Positions 47,201-57,086 are shown, counted from the first letter of the stretch. The stretch is 64,000 bases of DNA from Caecitellus pseudoparvulus (GCA_965644315.1 CBFFRQ010000017.1:124001-188000), one strand, 5' to 3'. Notes: generated from the letters alone by a model not told the origin. Program-made: numbers and translations.

Positions 47201-50200
47201 GTGGTGGCTGCAGAAGCACCCTCTTCAACGACAGTGTTCTGCCACATAGATGCAGAGGGAACAGCACTCAGTATTCGGCATCGCCCAGATGATGATGCTC
47301 CGTTTAAGAGCCTTCCGCTTCACCACCACTGCCGAGTACTCTTGCCAGCCGAGGTGCCAGTTGGAGCGGAACAAGCTGCCGTAGGCGGGGGCCCTGCATC
47401 CCCAGCATTCGCCGCAATTTTGGCATGGGTCACAGCCTTTGGGCAGCGGGGGGGCTTCAAAAGTGTTCCCGATGGATTTTTGACACGTGGACTGCTTTTC
47501 CTGTCTGTGCCCATGCACGGAGCCCCTCGCAGCTCGGACGTGCAGTGCCAGGTGCTGCAGCTTCCGTCGGAAAGCAGCAGAGATGCATTCCACTTGGCAG
47601 CAAAGCACAGCATTTTATCTCACCTCGTGCAGCACGCTCGGGCAGAGGCGCTCAGTCTCTCGCGTGGCGATGTAGGCCATGACCTCCTCCAGCAGCTGCA
47701 GCCGTCGCTGTGCGCCTTTGAAGGCGAGACAAAGTCACACCTAGCATCGTGCTTCAATGAGGATTTGCCAAGTGTGCAAGGCGAGCTGTCACCTAGTGCT
47801 CTAGACCATGGTAAGGTGCAAGTTCCTTCTCGCAGCTTGCTGCACACATCGGCCGACACCCTGGAGCTGGCGCTGTCGCCTGCAGAGGTGCCGGGCCTGC
47901 CTTCCACCGCACGGCTCAACCTTGCAGGGGCCCTGCCCTGTGCAGAATGTCCACCAAAACAGGGTTTTCAAACCGCGCATTTATCAGTGGGCCTCATTCA
48001 CATTTGCTTGCACCCCGCAGCGGCGGGTTCGCTGCTGTCGGAGTTTTTGCATGCAAGGCCATACTTGGCAGCCGCCTACGTTGGACACTTGTCCCTTCTG
48101 CCGCCAAGCTCTAGGCAGTCCGATGTTGCGCTGGCCAGTAGCATCCAGGCGATGAAGCAGACCAGGTCACTCCGCCGAGAGTACCGTAAGCGGGTCTTGG
48201 ATTGTGCGATGCGATCGTGTGTGCCTCAGGGTGTGGGGCAGATGCACGACCGCGCTGCCGTCAAACGTGACTTGCTCAGGCAAAACTACCGCCGCGCAGA
48301 CAATTTCATTCCAGAGCAAGAGGGTCATGAAGTCCATCACGCGGCCTCCCTTGAAGAGGGAGTGAGCGATGCTCGTGTGTCTGTTTGGGTGGCCGGACTG
48401 GAGTTGGCCCTGCCGGCCACCGCGGCTCGAGTGCCTCGTGGTGCCCCGGGTACAAGCCGCGAAGTTGACTTGGACTGCACTGTCGTTCAGTCCGAGGTGA
48501 GTCCAAGGCCGGGCTGGGTTCATTCCCTCCCCGCCCTGGACGTGGTCATGCTGCGCATGAGTGGTGTGCAGGCTGGGACATTCACGGGCGCCCATGTGGG
48601 TGCTCAGATTCAACGAGTTGACGTGTCCCTGGTCACCTTGATGGATGCTGCTTGTGCAAGTGCAGGTCGACTTGGAAGCGTGGCTCAGGGGGCGCCCAAC
48701 CTTGATCGCTGGGCGCCGGTCATGAGAGCCGTGTCAAGCTGCGCTCTCCGTGCCTGCTTGCTGCAGGACACACCCCTGCTCTCGCTTCGGAAAGGGGCAG
48801 GAGTTCAGCTGTATGGGGTGGATGAAAGCCAGGTCATCCTTGGGTCCATCGACGTGTTTGCCGTCCCAGCCTGCGCTCCGGAGCTGCTCGGTATTCGTGC
48901 TGCCTGGCAACACCTTCACCACATTTGGGTGGAGGTGGAGGCTGCATCCCAGCAACTCCAGCTGCGCAGTGGGAACACAACTCATTCAGGCGCGTCAGGG
49001 GAGTCAATGCCACCCGAGCCCCATGGGCAGAGTCCGTGGAGGCTGTCCGTGACACTGGATGCATGCCACTTGCACCTGCTTGCGCGGGGAGCAGGACCTG
49101 GCTGCCAAGCAGCCTCTGGTGAGGGCTTGACGGCGGAATGCGCTTCTTCTTTGATATGTTGCACTCCTGAGTGTGCTTGCTTGTTCACGCTTGGCTTGCT
49201 GGGTTCGCGAGCGCTGGTGGAGTTGCCAAGCCTAGCGGCACCGCAGCACCCCATGAGCCTGTCTGGCATGGCGAAGGCCCTCAACCACGTGCACCCACCA
49301 GGGTTCTCGCCACGAAAGGCTTCTTCGACAGCGCTTCTGTCACGCATGGAAGTGGGCGGCTTGGTGGGTGTGTGTTTTCCAGGGCTGCTCTCAGGCTCAG
49401 GGGCTGAGGCGTTGCACAGGCAAGCCACTCCCCAGAAAGACATGCCGTATGCCCCGTGGGATTCAGATATGAAGAGCGTAGCGTGCATGTCCCACGAAAA
49501 CAACTCTCCGCACCTTGTCGTCCAGTGTGGCAGCGGTAAGCGGCGGGCGGGGAAAGCTGCCTTGCTCACTCTGCAGCAGACCACCTCCAGTGCGTCGGCA
49601 GAAGGGCAGTGTGCCACATGCTGCACCACGCAAGTGGGACCAGTGGCACAGCACCACCAGCCTCATCACGGCCGAGCAGCAACGTGGGCTGCGAGCAAAG
49701 CGGCTGCCTCTGCGCTGGCAGCGCTGGACGAGGACTCGCCAACCCCTGACACGCCCGTCGATTCCGTACACCCAACTGAGGATGTCAGTGTGCACTTGCG
49801 TGCCTTCAGCACAGACCTCCCTCAGCATGACGTTCGCAGGGGGGTTTCCATCGACATTAATCACGTTCACGTGCTCCCCTCTGCCATGCTTGTGCAGGGC
49901 ATGTCGACCCTTGTGGGGAGTCTGCAAGGCTGCATCCGCGCGCAAGCAGCCCAGCGCGGCGAGGACGGCGCCCGGGAGCTTAGCTTTGTTCGCGCCTGGT
50001 GCACAGCGCTCATGCGAATGTCATCAGAAGAAAAGCGCACCGAGGATGAGGCACTTGGGTCGCGACGTTCGCGTCAAGGTGCCACTTGTGCCCTGCCGCT
50101 CCAAGTGGTCACTGAGCTGCTAGTGGTGTCTGGCTCGGTCGCTGGTGTGCATGGGCGCCTGACACACGACTGTGCCATGTTGGCAGGGATTTCATGTGGC

Positions 50201-53200
50201 CAGCTGTCTTTTCGGGCAAGCAAAGGCAGTGTTGTGGAGGACATTGTCTGTGTCCCTCTGTCAGGGCCGGTGTTTGAATCCGAGCAAGCCCAGGCGACGG
50301 TGCAGCGAGAGCTCCTGAGATTATTCGACGGAAAGGGCAGTATACAAGTGCACCATACGTCAAGACGATCAGGTGCATGGCGGTGTGTGGGGGCAATCGA
50401 TGGGGACTTGAGTATCACCCTTTGCCGACCCGAGCTGTTCATGCTGGCGTGGACGTTTTCCGACGGAGACACACGTGACCCGTTGAGGCGAGGCGGACAG
50501 TGGCTGCCGCACATGATACCTTTCTCTGCATACTGCCACCCCCTGCTCGCGGCCCGGTTCTCCAGAGAGTGCGCTTCAAGACCATCTGATGCTGTCTGGA
50601 GCAAAGCGATGCTGCCCGCCGTTTCCACTGCGTTGCGTGGGCAGAGTGCTGTTGGCCTGCGCCCCGTCCACCCCGCGCGAGGCTGGGCTGCCATGCCGCA
50701 CCCCCTTCTTGTCCCAACTGACACTGAGTCAGCGGACCCTTCGCACTGGTGGAGTGGCGTTCCTGGTGGAGTCGTGCAATTGAAGGTCGGTGACATCTTG
50801 CTCAGCGCGTCGCATGCTTCTCCGGAGTCAATCTCAGATGGGCTGCCCGCCCCCAGGGAGCCCCTTCACCATGCCTGGCAAGATATCAATGCGGCCCTCA
50901 CGGAGCGGGCATTCTCCTTGGAGCCTGAGCTGCCCCTGCTGTTGACTGATGTGGAGGCTGTGTGCGGGCGGGTGTCCGTGGATGTCGAGCAGGATATCAG
51001 CGTCTTGCCATGGGACGTACTCAGCGCAGTGTACGCCAGCGATGGATACGGCTTGGGAAGCAGCCGTGCTGGTGACAGGGCAACCGGCTGGATGTGGATT
51101 CGAGGCTTTAGCTCTCACATGGAACACGTGGCTCCCGTGCTCGCGGTCACTGACGGCGCCGATGTGGAGGCGGTCATGGGACCTCAGCTGCACCCTCATG
51201 CAGGGTTTGGCGGCCGGCGACACGCTGTGAAAGTCACATCTCTTGTCGTGCAGCCCATCCCAGTGAGTGCGGAGAGTGACGAGGCGTCCGCCACGCAGCA
51301 GAGTCCAGCACAGGCGTCCACAACGGTGCAGGCGCTGCACATGCACACAACTGCAGATGCGCTGGCTGTACGGCAGGTCATGCACGTAGGCAAGCTAGTC
51401 CCTCGGGTGCTCGCGCAGCTATCACAACAGATGTGTTCCACTGGCCCCTGCCCCGACTTTGTATCGTGGGTTCGGGGGGATGCGAGGCAGCTGGACAGTG
51501 TCGCAGCACGATTGGATGCGTTGACCCACGAGAGTGGGCGGGACCGTTCAGCCTCGGACACCTCAATTGGGGAACGTGATCATTCTGGCGGGGGGGACTC
51601 TGACGCATTCACACAAATCGGCACGCAGCCAGGCTCTGACAGCCTCTGGGGCGCCGCTGCGGGGTCGGAGGCAAGCCCGACAGCCTCCCTGCAAGGTTCA
51701 GTAGCTGAGCCTGAGACAGGCAAGGGTGGAGCTCCACTGGAATCCCTGGAAGCAGAGACGTTCGTGACACTACAAGCTGAAACTCTCTTGGTAGATGTGC
51801 AGTGCCTCGCCTCGGGCGTGCAGCGGTTCTGGGGAGCGCCGCCTCCTTTGCCGGTGATGCGTGTTGCGCACGACATTCACAGGAGCGTCGCTGCAGGACG
51901 ACCAGATTTGAAGGGCGACCAATCACCATATTTTCAAGACGCGCTGGACATCTGGCCTTGCCTTGAAGACAATTACAGGTGGTGTGCAAGGGCCGACTGT
52001 TCGCGGCTGGCCTGGCTGCACGACTTTGCGCGAGGTGTCGTGGCACCCCACACGCAAGTTATCATGTACAACGCCAGCGCTGGCTGTAAACTTAACCCGC
52101 TTCGACACCAGGATGTGTGGAAGACGTCCCGTGAAGCCCAGCGGGGTTCGGTGAGCATGATGGAGTGCGAGCTGGGCACTGCAGCCATGTTCGTGGGCCT
52201 CGTCGCGCCCAGCCCCTTGTTGCAGCCTGTCTTGGGGCTCGTGCCCGAGCACGAAGCGTTCACGCATTTGCATGCACAACGTGACAACACAGCTCACCTG
52301 TGGCCACAGGAGCCAGCCTGGAGGCATGGCGTCCCGCGAGCCGCAGTTGGCGGTGCTGTCGGCGCGTTGCATGAAGCAGCCGCTGGCAGATGGGGGGATG
52401 CAGTTGGTACACCGTGCCCGCCAGGCATGAGCCCCACAAGGTACATTGTGTACCCCCATTGGTGGAGGCCGGGCAGCGCCTTGCCCACGCATGTGTACTC
52501 GCTGAACAGCCCACATTGGTGGGCCAGGGCCCTGTCCAAACACGCGGGGGCTTCTGCGTGGGGAAGGGAGGTGCTGCAGGCGCTGACTGATGGCGATGTG
52601 CACACCCTTGACAGCTTCCAGCAACAGCGTGAAGAAGCTGGTGACACTTGGCAGCCACCTCGCAGCGTGGCCGCCACAGCCGAACTTGCTTGGGCTGGGC
52701 ACACTGCGCACCGCAGCACGGCGAGCCTCCTGCGCGGTTCCTTGCAGCAGCAGCTTCACACCCTCGCCACTGGGCACCAACTCCATGTTCACAGCAGCAC
52801 TGGCAGTGGCATGTGGAGCCCAACACCCAACCTTGGTGGTGAGGCGGAGCTGCTGGACACCGGCATGGACAGCGAGGAAGTGCAGGTGGGGGAAACATTT
52901 TTTGCGCTGCAGGTGCCCGTCGTGACGAGCTCCCCCTTCCAAGTGAGTATGCCGCGCGAAGGTGGGCAGCCTCATCACCTGGCAGGTGTCAGTCCTTTGG
53001 CACAGCTTGCTGTTCAAGCTGTGCGGCGCGAGCAGACCCGTCAGTTTTTCTTGTACATGGCGCCCCGTCTGGAGAACTGTCTGCAAGTTACGGCGATCGT
53101 CCCAATGGATCCCTGGAAGTCGGACGTGTCTGAGCCTACTTCATCTTCTCTGCCTCCCACCCTATCACGTGAAAGCGCCGAGTGGATTCAGAGCTGGCTG

Positions 53201-55408
53201 CAGCAGTGCGAGAGTCGGCTTGGGCCGTGTGGTGCATACGGCCCGCTGTGGGTGTGGGGACAGGAAGCCCGTGCCAGCGCGTCTGCTCCAAGTGTGCCGG
53301 GTGCAGACACATTCACCCGACCGGAGCAAATCCCAACTTCTGAATTGTCCTCTGCATTTGCAGTCATGCACGAGTTACGAGGGGGACTGGCAGACGAGCT
53401 GCAGGAAAGCCCACTGCACGCTGGGGACTTGCGCGGCCAGGCAGTCCCCCCACCCCCTCGCACCTTCATCAACTTCACCGACACAATGAGCGTGAAGGTA
53501 GCGGGCGCAGGGCTGGCCGTCCGGTTCATGAAGCTGTGGCAAGACGAGATGAAGGCCATTGCCGGGCAGGTCCTTGCTGCTCGAAATGGACGCAATCTGT
53601 GGATGGCGTCCTCCCTCGTCGCCCCCACAGCTTCCTGGATGAAGATGTCTGGTTCCGCGACTGGAGTGACAGTCATCATTCCCCAGAGCTGTGCAGACCC
53701 AACGTCTGAATTGGTGGTCACCTTCGATGCTGTGGCCGCCGCCAACCGTCTGGAAAAGCTGCCTTCTGGCGTGCATCCCTCGGCCAGGTACCCACAGCGC
53801 GTGAAAAGGCAGAGTATCAGCCCTGTAGAAGGTGCAGCAGGTCGGCGGGTGAGGGTGGTCATGGATGAAGCCGAGGCTAGCGCAAGTCAAGTGCTCATGG
53901 AGACGTTCGACGTGGTGCTGAACGGCATGGTGGTGGAGCTCCACTGCCTGCGCTTGGCAGATGCGGCAGTGACTGTGCAGCCACTGGGGCTCGCAGCCAG
54001 CATGCAGGTTAGTCTGTCCAACCCAGCAAGCATGGCTGAGCGCTTTGCTTCTGCTGTGGACACTGCTTTGGAGCTGACCGTGACGAGCTCAGCTGGGGCC
54101 AGCTTGATGATGTCGTCCATGCAAGGCATGTTGGCGCTTGTGAACACCAACTTGCGTGAGCAGAGCTGCCTGCTTCACATGCTCCCTCTGGTTGACTCCA
54201 ACGCTTTGGACAAGCACATTCAAGTGCTCATGCCGGGCGACGCGGCGCATGCACCCATTGCGGTGATTTCCCCGCCGCTGGCTCGCCGAGTCCAGCACGC
54301 TGTGCAGGGCACTCGTGCCACAAGCGTTCCTTGGGCAGAGAGTGCCGCAGCAGGGGCAAGTGTGCGCACGGCAGTGCCGCCCTCCACCCAGCAAGGTGAT
54401 CCAGATGTGGCGTTTGGCGCGGTGCACGTCCTTGACTTCTTGCCTTTTGCTGAGGAGCGCATTCCCCACCTGCCCGTGAGCAAAGTGGCGCCTCTGGCCT
54501 GGCAGCACGAGGTGCAGGCGGGGCTGCCGCGCACAGGACTGACTCACGCGACACAGACCGACTCCTTACAAGCGCCAGATGTAGGCCGCCCAGATTTTCG
54601 CGCCGTGCGCGAGGGCGCGGCGCTGGGAACCTGCGTGCAAGTGGTGAGGCCGCCAGTGTCCCGCGCCACCACCGCCTCCGGCTGCTCACAGGGTGTGTTC
54701 CGCGTCCTGCAGCATGAGCGGCGGGTGTCCCACGAGACCATTCTGAGGCAGTACCCCCGACCGTTCCCAGAAGAGTATGAGTGGGTGTGGGTGAGCCGTC
54801 CAGATGCCCCCGGTAAGCTCAGACTGGCTGCCGCGCTGCAGCAAGGTGACTACGTGTCGCCGTTTCACGGCCCACCTCCCGATGCCAAGCAGCCCCCCAG
54901 CCTGCCCCCGCTCCGGAGGCTGCTGTGGCAGCCCGAGCCACGTGTTGGTGGTGCTGGTACTGACCTGATATCCCCACTTTCGCGCCGCATGGATGCGGGC
55001 AGTCCGCAGTCAGGCGTGTCGGCTGACTCTCCCCACGATCAGGCCTTTTCCGCGCCACCCAGCGTGGATTTGCACGCCCCACTCCAAGCTCTCCTCCAAA
55101 GCGTCGCAGTGGACAGCAAGAAGGTGAACACCGCCGGTATCGAGGTGTCGTTTGAGTCGGTCCTGGACACTGCAGGTTTAGTGGTGGGGCGGGCGATTCA
55201 AGCGCTGCAGGCCGCTGGCGGGGACGGCCACGTCATCCAGCAGCTGGAGGCTGTCCAGCAAGCCATGGATGCTGCCACAAGCGCAGCTTCCGAGCAGCTG
55301 GAGGTGTCCGAGGACACAGCTGCCGACCTGGCGGCAAACAACGAAGCCATGGCTCGCATGCTGGCTCTGCGTCTGGAAGGTGGGAGGGGTCAACACGCCA
55401 AGCGATGA
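41291..55408 (+). CDS. Giant intronless VPS13-family (Chorein_N) bridge-like lipid transfer protein, 4705 aa, highly divergent
   Basis: Chorein_N (ISRYLD...GEMRIRNITLRAEALEQFKLPITLLDSHVGSLDVRLP, IRVHQVHIRYVD, PFALGI). Extended VPS13 N-terminal motifs WAFAQRAVVGDLRR and LDRHLSAENLLRYRRVAHAEL. Beta-rich RBG-like segments follow. Confidence 0.78.
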   Translation: MDTVYGFVDRMFQAMDLRNPLMKGVLYYLQSNPIISRYLDLSRATPDLALDRGEEAGEMRIRNITLRAEALEQFKLPITLLDSHVGSLDVRLPDSYFGTFTDLLLGGEGEALKTALVLNGINITIAPRDNLEGAVARGAGEKASEASGLTPSQRVDALMSAAQVDKLRRLGLDKDSEDEELTIRAVAVLTQRMTIRVHQVHIRYVDTVTRPEAPFALGIVMQEAQGGPLLDVVRAAAKAGDAAAAAVQAASPAHPGDAACQAFLDSPEWMAAMQPPQVGLADRLRTSQRKLATLQGLGVYLQQLPSQGAPTGPSGGPVEEDPLPPEFSFVNAALEDTPVRQRDWVLHPLSARAAYTVQAGQLFSRHCPPAQRAVVHIPRLALSMSEAQLHSACVVAAYLRNYRLHSKYSDCWESAQQVAAAMGIHRATFFPLAALWEHAKGRPEASLHRAKLYHASVSQVFARFLPQEVVRVASLRHSARGTARTTLAALVPAPLPAAPTAGHLHDWAEHMRAFLEAAEQGGGRQEGAVSLGSSSAAAAGAASGVGTPSTPASGQAFPSETSASPSRLLRRQASTKMLDEALQMDLAKCTAPPDVFATCMEAFRARVRRSLLARQRWAFAQRAVVGDLRRQGQRVRSKLASRLRRQGRGAASGVSGTHESARFHTLQAVTLGPSGLRLSMVEALWGPQYVAAFKLLFRRKLGQGGMLIDGVVLPSFSIIEVARPQPGEAHVKGTSPFITTPLPGEPAELPLSFRLEAGQLVACHRSAGQQGIPISVNASPTAFDGELLVTWVEDVPAKTLPPHKDKDLKWQPSTSSQLARSKAEDTINFLDRHLSAENLLRYRRVAHAELQLENFLLKFREHQRQELRRVAGQQSACFPSLSCAGSPRAAEPGEASASVDSAVSRERLTRLVAVPVYTGEAIRALQRSQDTLNRLQSSSSEPKSEERDRQAAIDDTLRRMHEAELSEPRSPAQLHPLSLYTHQLHTPSLDGEAFLQAVSQQRDGDCFAETLAALLPGGSGTPQVPGPAQRALLRAALRRAQIPLGFALTLPQPGLQPAPPAYGFISSLFLTQRPVLWASAASAQLPLPAPCSTSSQDSEKRGTVILRIQARDATEEQLHTARQVPVASNTWSGLAPGGACVGLASESSGLLTWMSEAVLAHEAWCEEPVLRSRLARCIVCPTQGLNSAHASLHTTGTAEVQHISFGRFREPPMAPSVPAHLDHVGHLPSEHLFAYASLLTEQDKQGLATLLPLTSLDDPALLDVDDKTLPWSYVLRHAHVRCTEASVSLSLSSRAGPSGGVAGGAMPTWRQAQAAPFLAARLLDAKLLVQQLKAQHLRGKVSVASIEVEQDASGLRMRHERPVWDALQTAVEQDGGSFASAVGRIKSTTAALGPSSPTEQLLATLFAIVDPPEASAVHSRPPWLLPRDTCQPCHNPPPSPWEGTSSLLSWLCAYIRFLLKPPCGEAPALTPAVLLTLWMSAHSTALPSAALPRTVLALEEACQVEPPTLFQHAPPTIRGSRPDSPFALFLHKRVLQRLLTGTPPAQDLRELQVGELSRAHQVAAWMRETVQHAHKEAIADFFSGCPSFDAILLDDEFVQYLFAYASSVAEHEEEAHDVVPPQALAPALRFWRDLMLLERGLKVHANAQLQPVCALLTSHQETVQYVKALFAGYVGGTAVSQTTQAHQPVTQPAKPSWSTWLWGTGVAAPRLSSAQGPMSTGHLTPLAAWLGKSEDGESALRSLSDHLWGSADEVRATTSSGPSALLGHQLVSEWCRPLHNLLRRLLDVHLLPRFVADTWHPEHGCFRQLEAAIAPGALLQGVARAKAGKLATACGALNSLHARQRPDILPGLMWGGARLRVQDDGGWKDAAQFLSLSVSGMASDPIPAVNLHFEHCKTGVPAEQYSGLSSPRTPAQESDMQRHELEILQEQLTELPRIEPLTSEFGLGRVLVEGAAAMLAWESQEGAASGVVAAEAPSSTTVFCHIDAEGTALSIRHRPDDDAPFKSLPLHHHCRVLLPAEVPVGAEQAAVGGGPASPAFAAILAWVTAFGQRGGFKSVPDGFLTRGLLFLSVPMHGAPRSSDVQCQVLQLPSESSRDAFHLAAKHSILSHLVQHARAEALSLSRGDVGHDLLQQLQPSLCAFEGETKSHLASCFNEDLPSVQGELSPSALDHGKVQVPSRSLLHTSADTLELALSPAEVPGLPSTARLNLAGALPCAECPPKQGFQTAHLSVGLIHICLHPAAAGSLLSEFLHARPYLAAAYVGHLSLLPPSSRQSDVALASSIQAMKQTRSLRREYRKRVLDCAMRSCVPQGVGQMHDRAAVKRDLLRQNYRRADNFIPEQEGHEVHHAASLEEGVSDARVSVWVAGLELALPATAARVPRGAPGTSREVDLDCTVVQSEVSPRPGWVHSLPALDVVMLRMSGVQAGTFTGAHVGAQIQRVDVSLVTLMDAACASAGRLGSVAQGAPNLDRWAPVMRAVSSCALRACLLQDTPLLSLRKGAGVQLYGVDESQVILGSIDVFAVPACAPELLGIRAAWQHLHHIWVEVEAASQQLQLRSGNTTHSGASGESMPPEPHGQSPWRLSVTLDACHLHLLARGAGPGCQAASGEGLTAECASSLICCTPECACLFTLGLLGSRALVELPSLAAPQHPMSLSGMAKALNHVHPPGFSPRKASSTALLSRMEVGGLVGVCFPGLLSGSGAEALHRQATPQKDMPYAPWDSDMKSVACMSHENNSPHLVVQCGSGKRRAGKAALLTLQQTTSSASAEGQCATCCTTQVGPVAQHHQPHHGRAATWAASKAAASALAALDEDSPTPDTPVDSVHPTEDVSVHLRAFSTDLPQHDVRRGVSIDINHVHVLPSAMLVQGMSTLVGSLQGCIRAQAAQRGEDGARELSFVRAWCTALMRMSSEEKRTEDEALGSRRSRQGATCALPLQVVTELLVVSGSVAGVHGRLTHDCAMLAGISCGQLSFRASKGSVVEDIVCVPLSGPVFESEQAQATVQRELLRLFDGKGSIQVHHTSRRSGAWRCVGAIDGDLSITLCRPELFMLAWTFSDGDTRDPLRRGGQWLPHMIPFSAYCHPLLAARFSRECASRPSDAVWSKAMLPAVSTALRGQSAVGLRPVHPARGWAAMPHPLLVPTDTESADPSHWWSGVPGGVVQLKVGDILLSASHASPESISDGLPAPREPLHHAWQDINAALTERAFSLEPELPLLLTDVEAVCGRVSVDVEQDISVLPWDVLSAVYASDGYGLGSSRAGDRATGWMWIRGFSSHMEHVAPVLAVTDGADVEAVMGPQLHPHAGFGGRRHAVKVTSLVVQPIPVSAESDEASATQQSPAQASTTVQALHMHTTADALAVRQVMHVGKLVPRVLAQLSQQMCSTGPCPDFVSWVRGDARQLDSVAARLDALTHESGRDRSASDTSIGERDHSGGGDSDAFTQIGTQPGSDSLWGAAAGSEASPTASLQGSVAEPETGKGGAPLESLEAETFVTLQAETLLVDVQCLASGVQRFWGAPPPLPVMRVAHDIHRSVAAGRPDLKGDQSPYFQDALDIWPCLEDNYRWCARADCSRLAWLHDFARGVVAPHTQVIMYNASAGCKLNPLRHQDVWKTSREAQRGSVSMMECELGTAAMFVGLVAPSPLLQPVLGLVPEHEAFTHLHAQRDNTAHLWPQEPAWRHGVPRAAVGGAVGALHEAAAGRWGDAVGTPCPPGMSPTRYIVYPHWWRPGSALPTHVYSLNSPHWWARALSKHAGASAWGREVLQALTDGDVHTLDSFQQQREEAGDTWQPPRSVAATAELAWAGHTAHRSTASLLRGSLQQQLHTLATGHQLHVHSSTGSGMWSPTPNLGGEAELLDTGMDSEEVQVGETFFALQVPVVTSSPFQVSMPREGGQPHHLAGVSPLAQLAVQAVRREQTRQFFLYMAPRLENCLQVTAIVPMDPWKSDVSEPTSSSLPPTLSRESAEWIQSWLQQCESRLGPCGAYGPLWVWGQEARASASAPSVPGADTFTRPEQIPTSELSSAFAVMHELRGGLADELQESPLHAGDLRGQAVPPPPRTFINFTDTMSVKVAGAGLAVRFMKLWQDEMKAIAGQVLAARNGRNLWMASSLVAPTASWMKMSGSATGVTVIIPQSCADPTSELVVTFDAVAAANRLEKLPSGVHPSARYPQRVKRQSISPVEGAAGRRVRVVMDEAEASASQVLMETFDVVLNGMVVELHCLRLADAAVTVQPLGLAASMQVSLSNPASMAERFASAVDTALELTVTSSAGASLMMSSMQGMLALVNTNLREQSCLLHMLPLVDSNALDKHIQVLMPGDAAHAPIAVISPPLARRVQHAVQGTRATSVPWAESAAAGASVRTAVPPSTQQGDPDVAFGAVHVLDFLPFAEERIPHLPVSKVAPLAWQHEVQAGLPRTGLTHATQTDSLQAPDVGRPDFRAVREGAALGTCVQVVRPPVSRATTASGCSQGVFRVLQHERRVSHETILRQYPRPFPEEYEWVWVSRPDAPGKLRLAAALQQGDYVSPFHGPPPDAKQPPSLPPLRRLLWQPEPRVGGAGTDLISPLSRRMDAGSPQSGVSADSPHDQAFSAPPSVDLHAPLQALLQSVAVDSKKVNTAGIEVSFESVLDTAGLVVGRAIQALQAAGGDGHVIQQLEAVQQAMDAATSAASEQLEVSEDTAADLAANNEAMARMLALRLEGGRGQHAKR

Positions 55409-55562
55409 TAATGTACACTTTTCACGTGCCCTGCGACCCCCTCCAACGTGGAGGCTCCCAGATGCCTCGGTATTTGACGTGATCGCCAGGCTGGGGCACC
55501 TGGACTGGCTTGTGCCGCTTGTGACACTTGAGCTTGGACTTGCGTTTCACACTGAAACGTCC

Positions 55563-56811
55563 ATGGCATCGCTGTGGAGCCACCTATCCCACATGGCCGC
55601 AGGGGTAGTGGAGGAGGACTCAGATGGAGACAGCGATCGAAGTCATGAGCATTTGCGCCCCAGTGCCATGGGCGCTCTCGAGGGCCTTCCTTTCGGCGAG
55701 AGTGGCATGTACGACAACGCTCAATGGTTGATCACTACTGTTTTTGTGCGCTCACCTGGCACCCCGCACTCTGCGTGTGCATCACAGAGCATCGCCGATG
55801 CATGGATCGCATGGCATGTCTGCGCATGATCCCTCTTCGCATACGACTGGTGGCATCTCTGCGGCTGCCTCCAGCCTCGTGTACACCCAGGCGCAGCCTT
55901 TGCATGCAGGGGCGCTACCCCAGCCCCACGAAGCAGAGCGTGGAGGAAGCTTGAAGCAGGAGAGGGACCGAGTGTGCAGGCTGGAAGGCATGGTGCGGGA
56001 GCTAAAGGAAGACAACCGTGACGCTGCCCACCACATCATGGCTCTTGAGTCAGAGTTGAGATCCCTGCGAGCGCAGGTGCACGCCGCCCAATCAGCAGGG
56101 GGCACGGACAGCCCGGAAGTTGCCCAAGTCGAACATTCACAAGCCGACACTACAGGGGAGCTCCGATCGCTGCAGCGGCAAGTTGAGGTGTGCCAGATGC
56201 GCGAGTCTCAGCTGGTGAAGGAAGTGCAGGCACTGCGTCGGTCGGAGGGGGTGCTGGCGGACATGGTCAAGCGCCTGCAAGCCCGCCTATCCGAGGCGCA
56301 CGCAGGCAGGGCACCGCCCACCACGCCATCCACGACACTGCCCACCAGTGCACTCCCCGGAGTCTCACAGCGTGGGCCTGGTGGAGAAGGTGTCAGTCTA
56401 CCGTCTGGTGCCGAAAGCGACAGGCAAGGTTGCCTGCTGAAAATTGCAGCGCTGCATGAAGAGATCAGGTTGCTCAAGTCAGAGTCGTCTCTCGGTGGCC
56501 TTGCCCAGCGAGAGGGGGAGGGTGAGAGCAGTGCGGCGGCTGCGTTTGTGCCGAAGAAGGCAGTGGCCACGCTGTGGTGCCGGAGTCACGATGCCAGCTT
56601 GCACCGCACTGAACGGCAGCGCTGCACAGAAATGCTGGCAGGGATGTTAGGCCTTTCCCAAGCGCAGCGTGAGCAAGTGGGCGCGGCCTTGCCATCGGTG
56701 TCACTGCTTCCGTTCATGGGCACCAGCAGCTCAAGTGCTCCAGCGGGCGACTTTGCTGGAGGCCTCATGGACCAATGGGTGGCCTTTTTAGATGACAAAA
56801 CCACCGATTGA
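55563..56811 (+). CDS. Short GRAB-domain golgin (GMAP-210/Rud3/GC3-like)
   Basis: ATG 55563, intron 55709-55787, coiled coils. C-terminal VPKKAVATLW...EMLAGMLGLSQAQREQVG and LMDQWVAFL resemble the GRAB domain and downstream GA1 motif. Confidence 0.65.
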
Positions 56812-57086
56812 GCAGCTAGATGCGCGTTGGCTTGTATTTGTGTGTGTTGGGGGGGGCAAGTCGTTGCACCAGGCATTATCCACCCAGCTTTGTTCCAGCC
56901 AAGCACGGGTGCCTCGCGAACATGCTTCCGCTGCAGTAGCCCGACGCATTTCCCAGAGCATGCCGTCAACTTAGAGTTTGGAAACATGAGACAGGAGCTG
57001 GATGCTCAGAGGCGTGTTTGGGGAGCTTTTTGCTTGCGAGGGAGCGAAGCGGGGGTGCACAGCAGAGCCCGGGAGCTGGGCTGGAT

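Noticed and set aside
11902-56811. Functional cluster of membrane-trafficking genes (Vps41, SNARE, VPS13, golgin) or of ciliary genes
   Set aside because: These genes are interspersed with unrelated housekeeping genes on both strands, and the categories are common. There is no evidence of co-regulation without synteny data.
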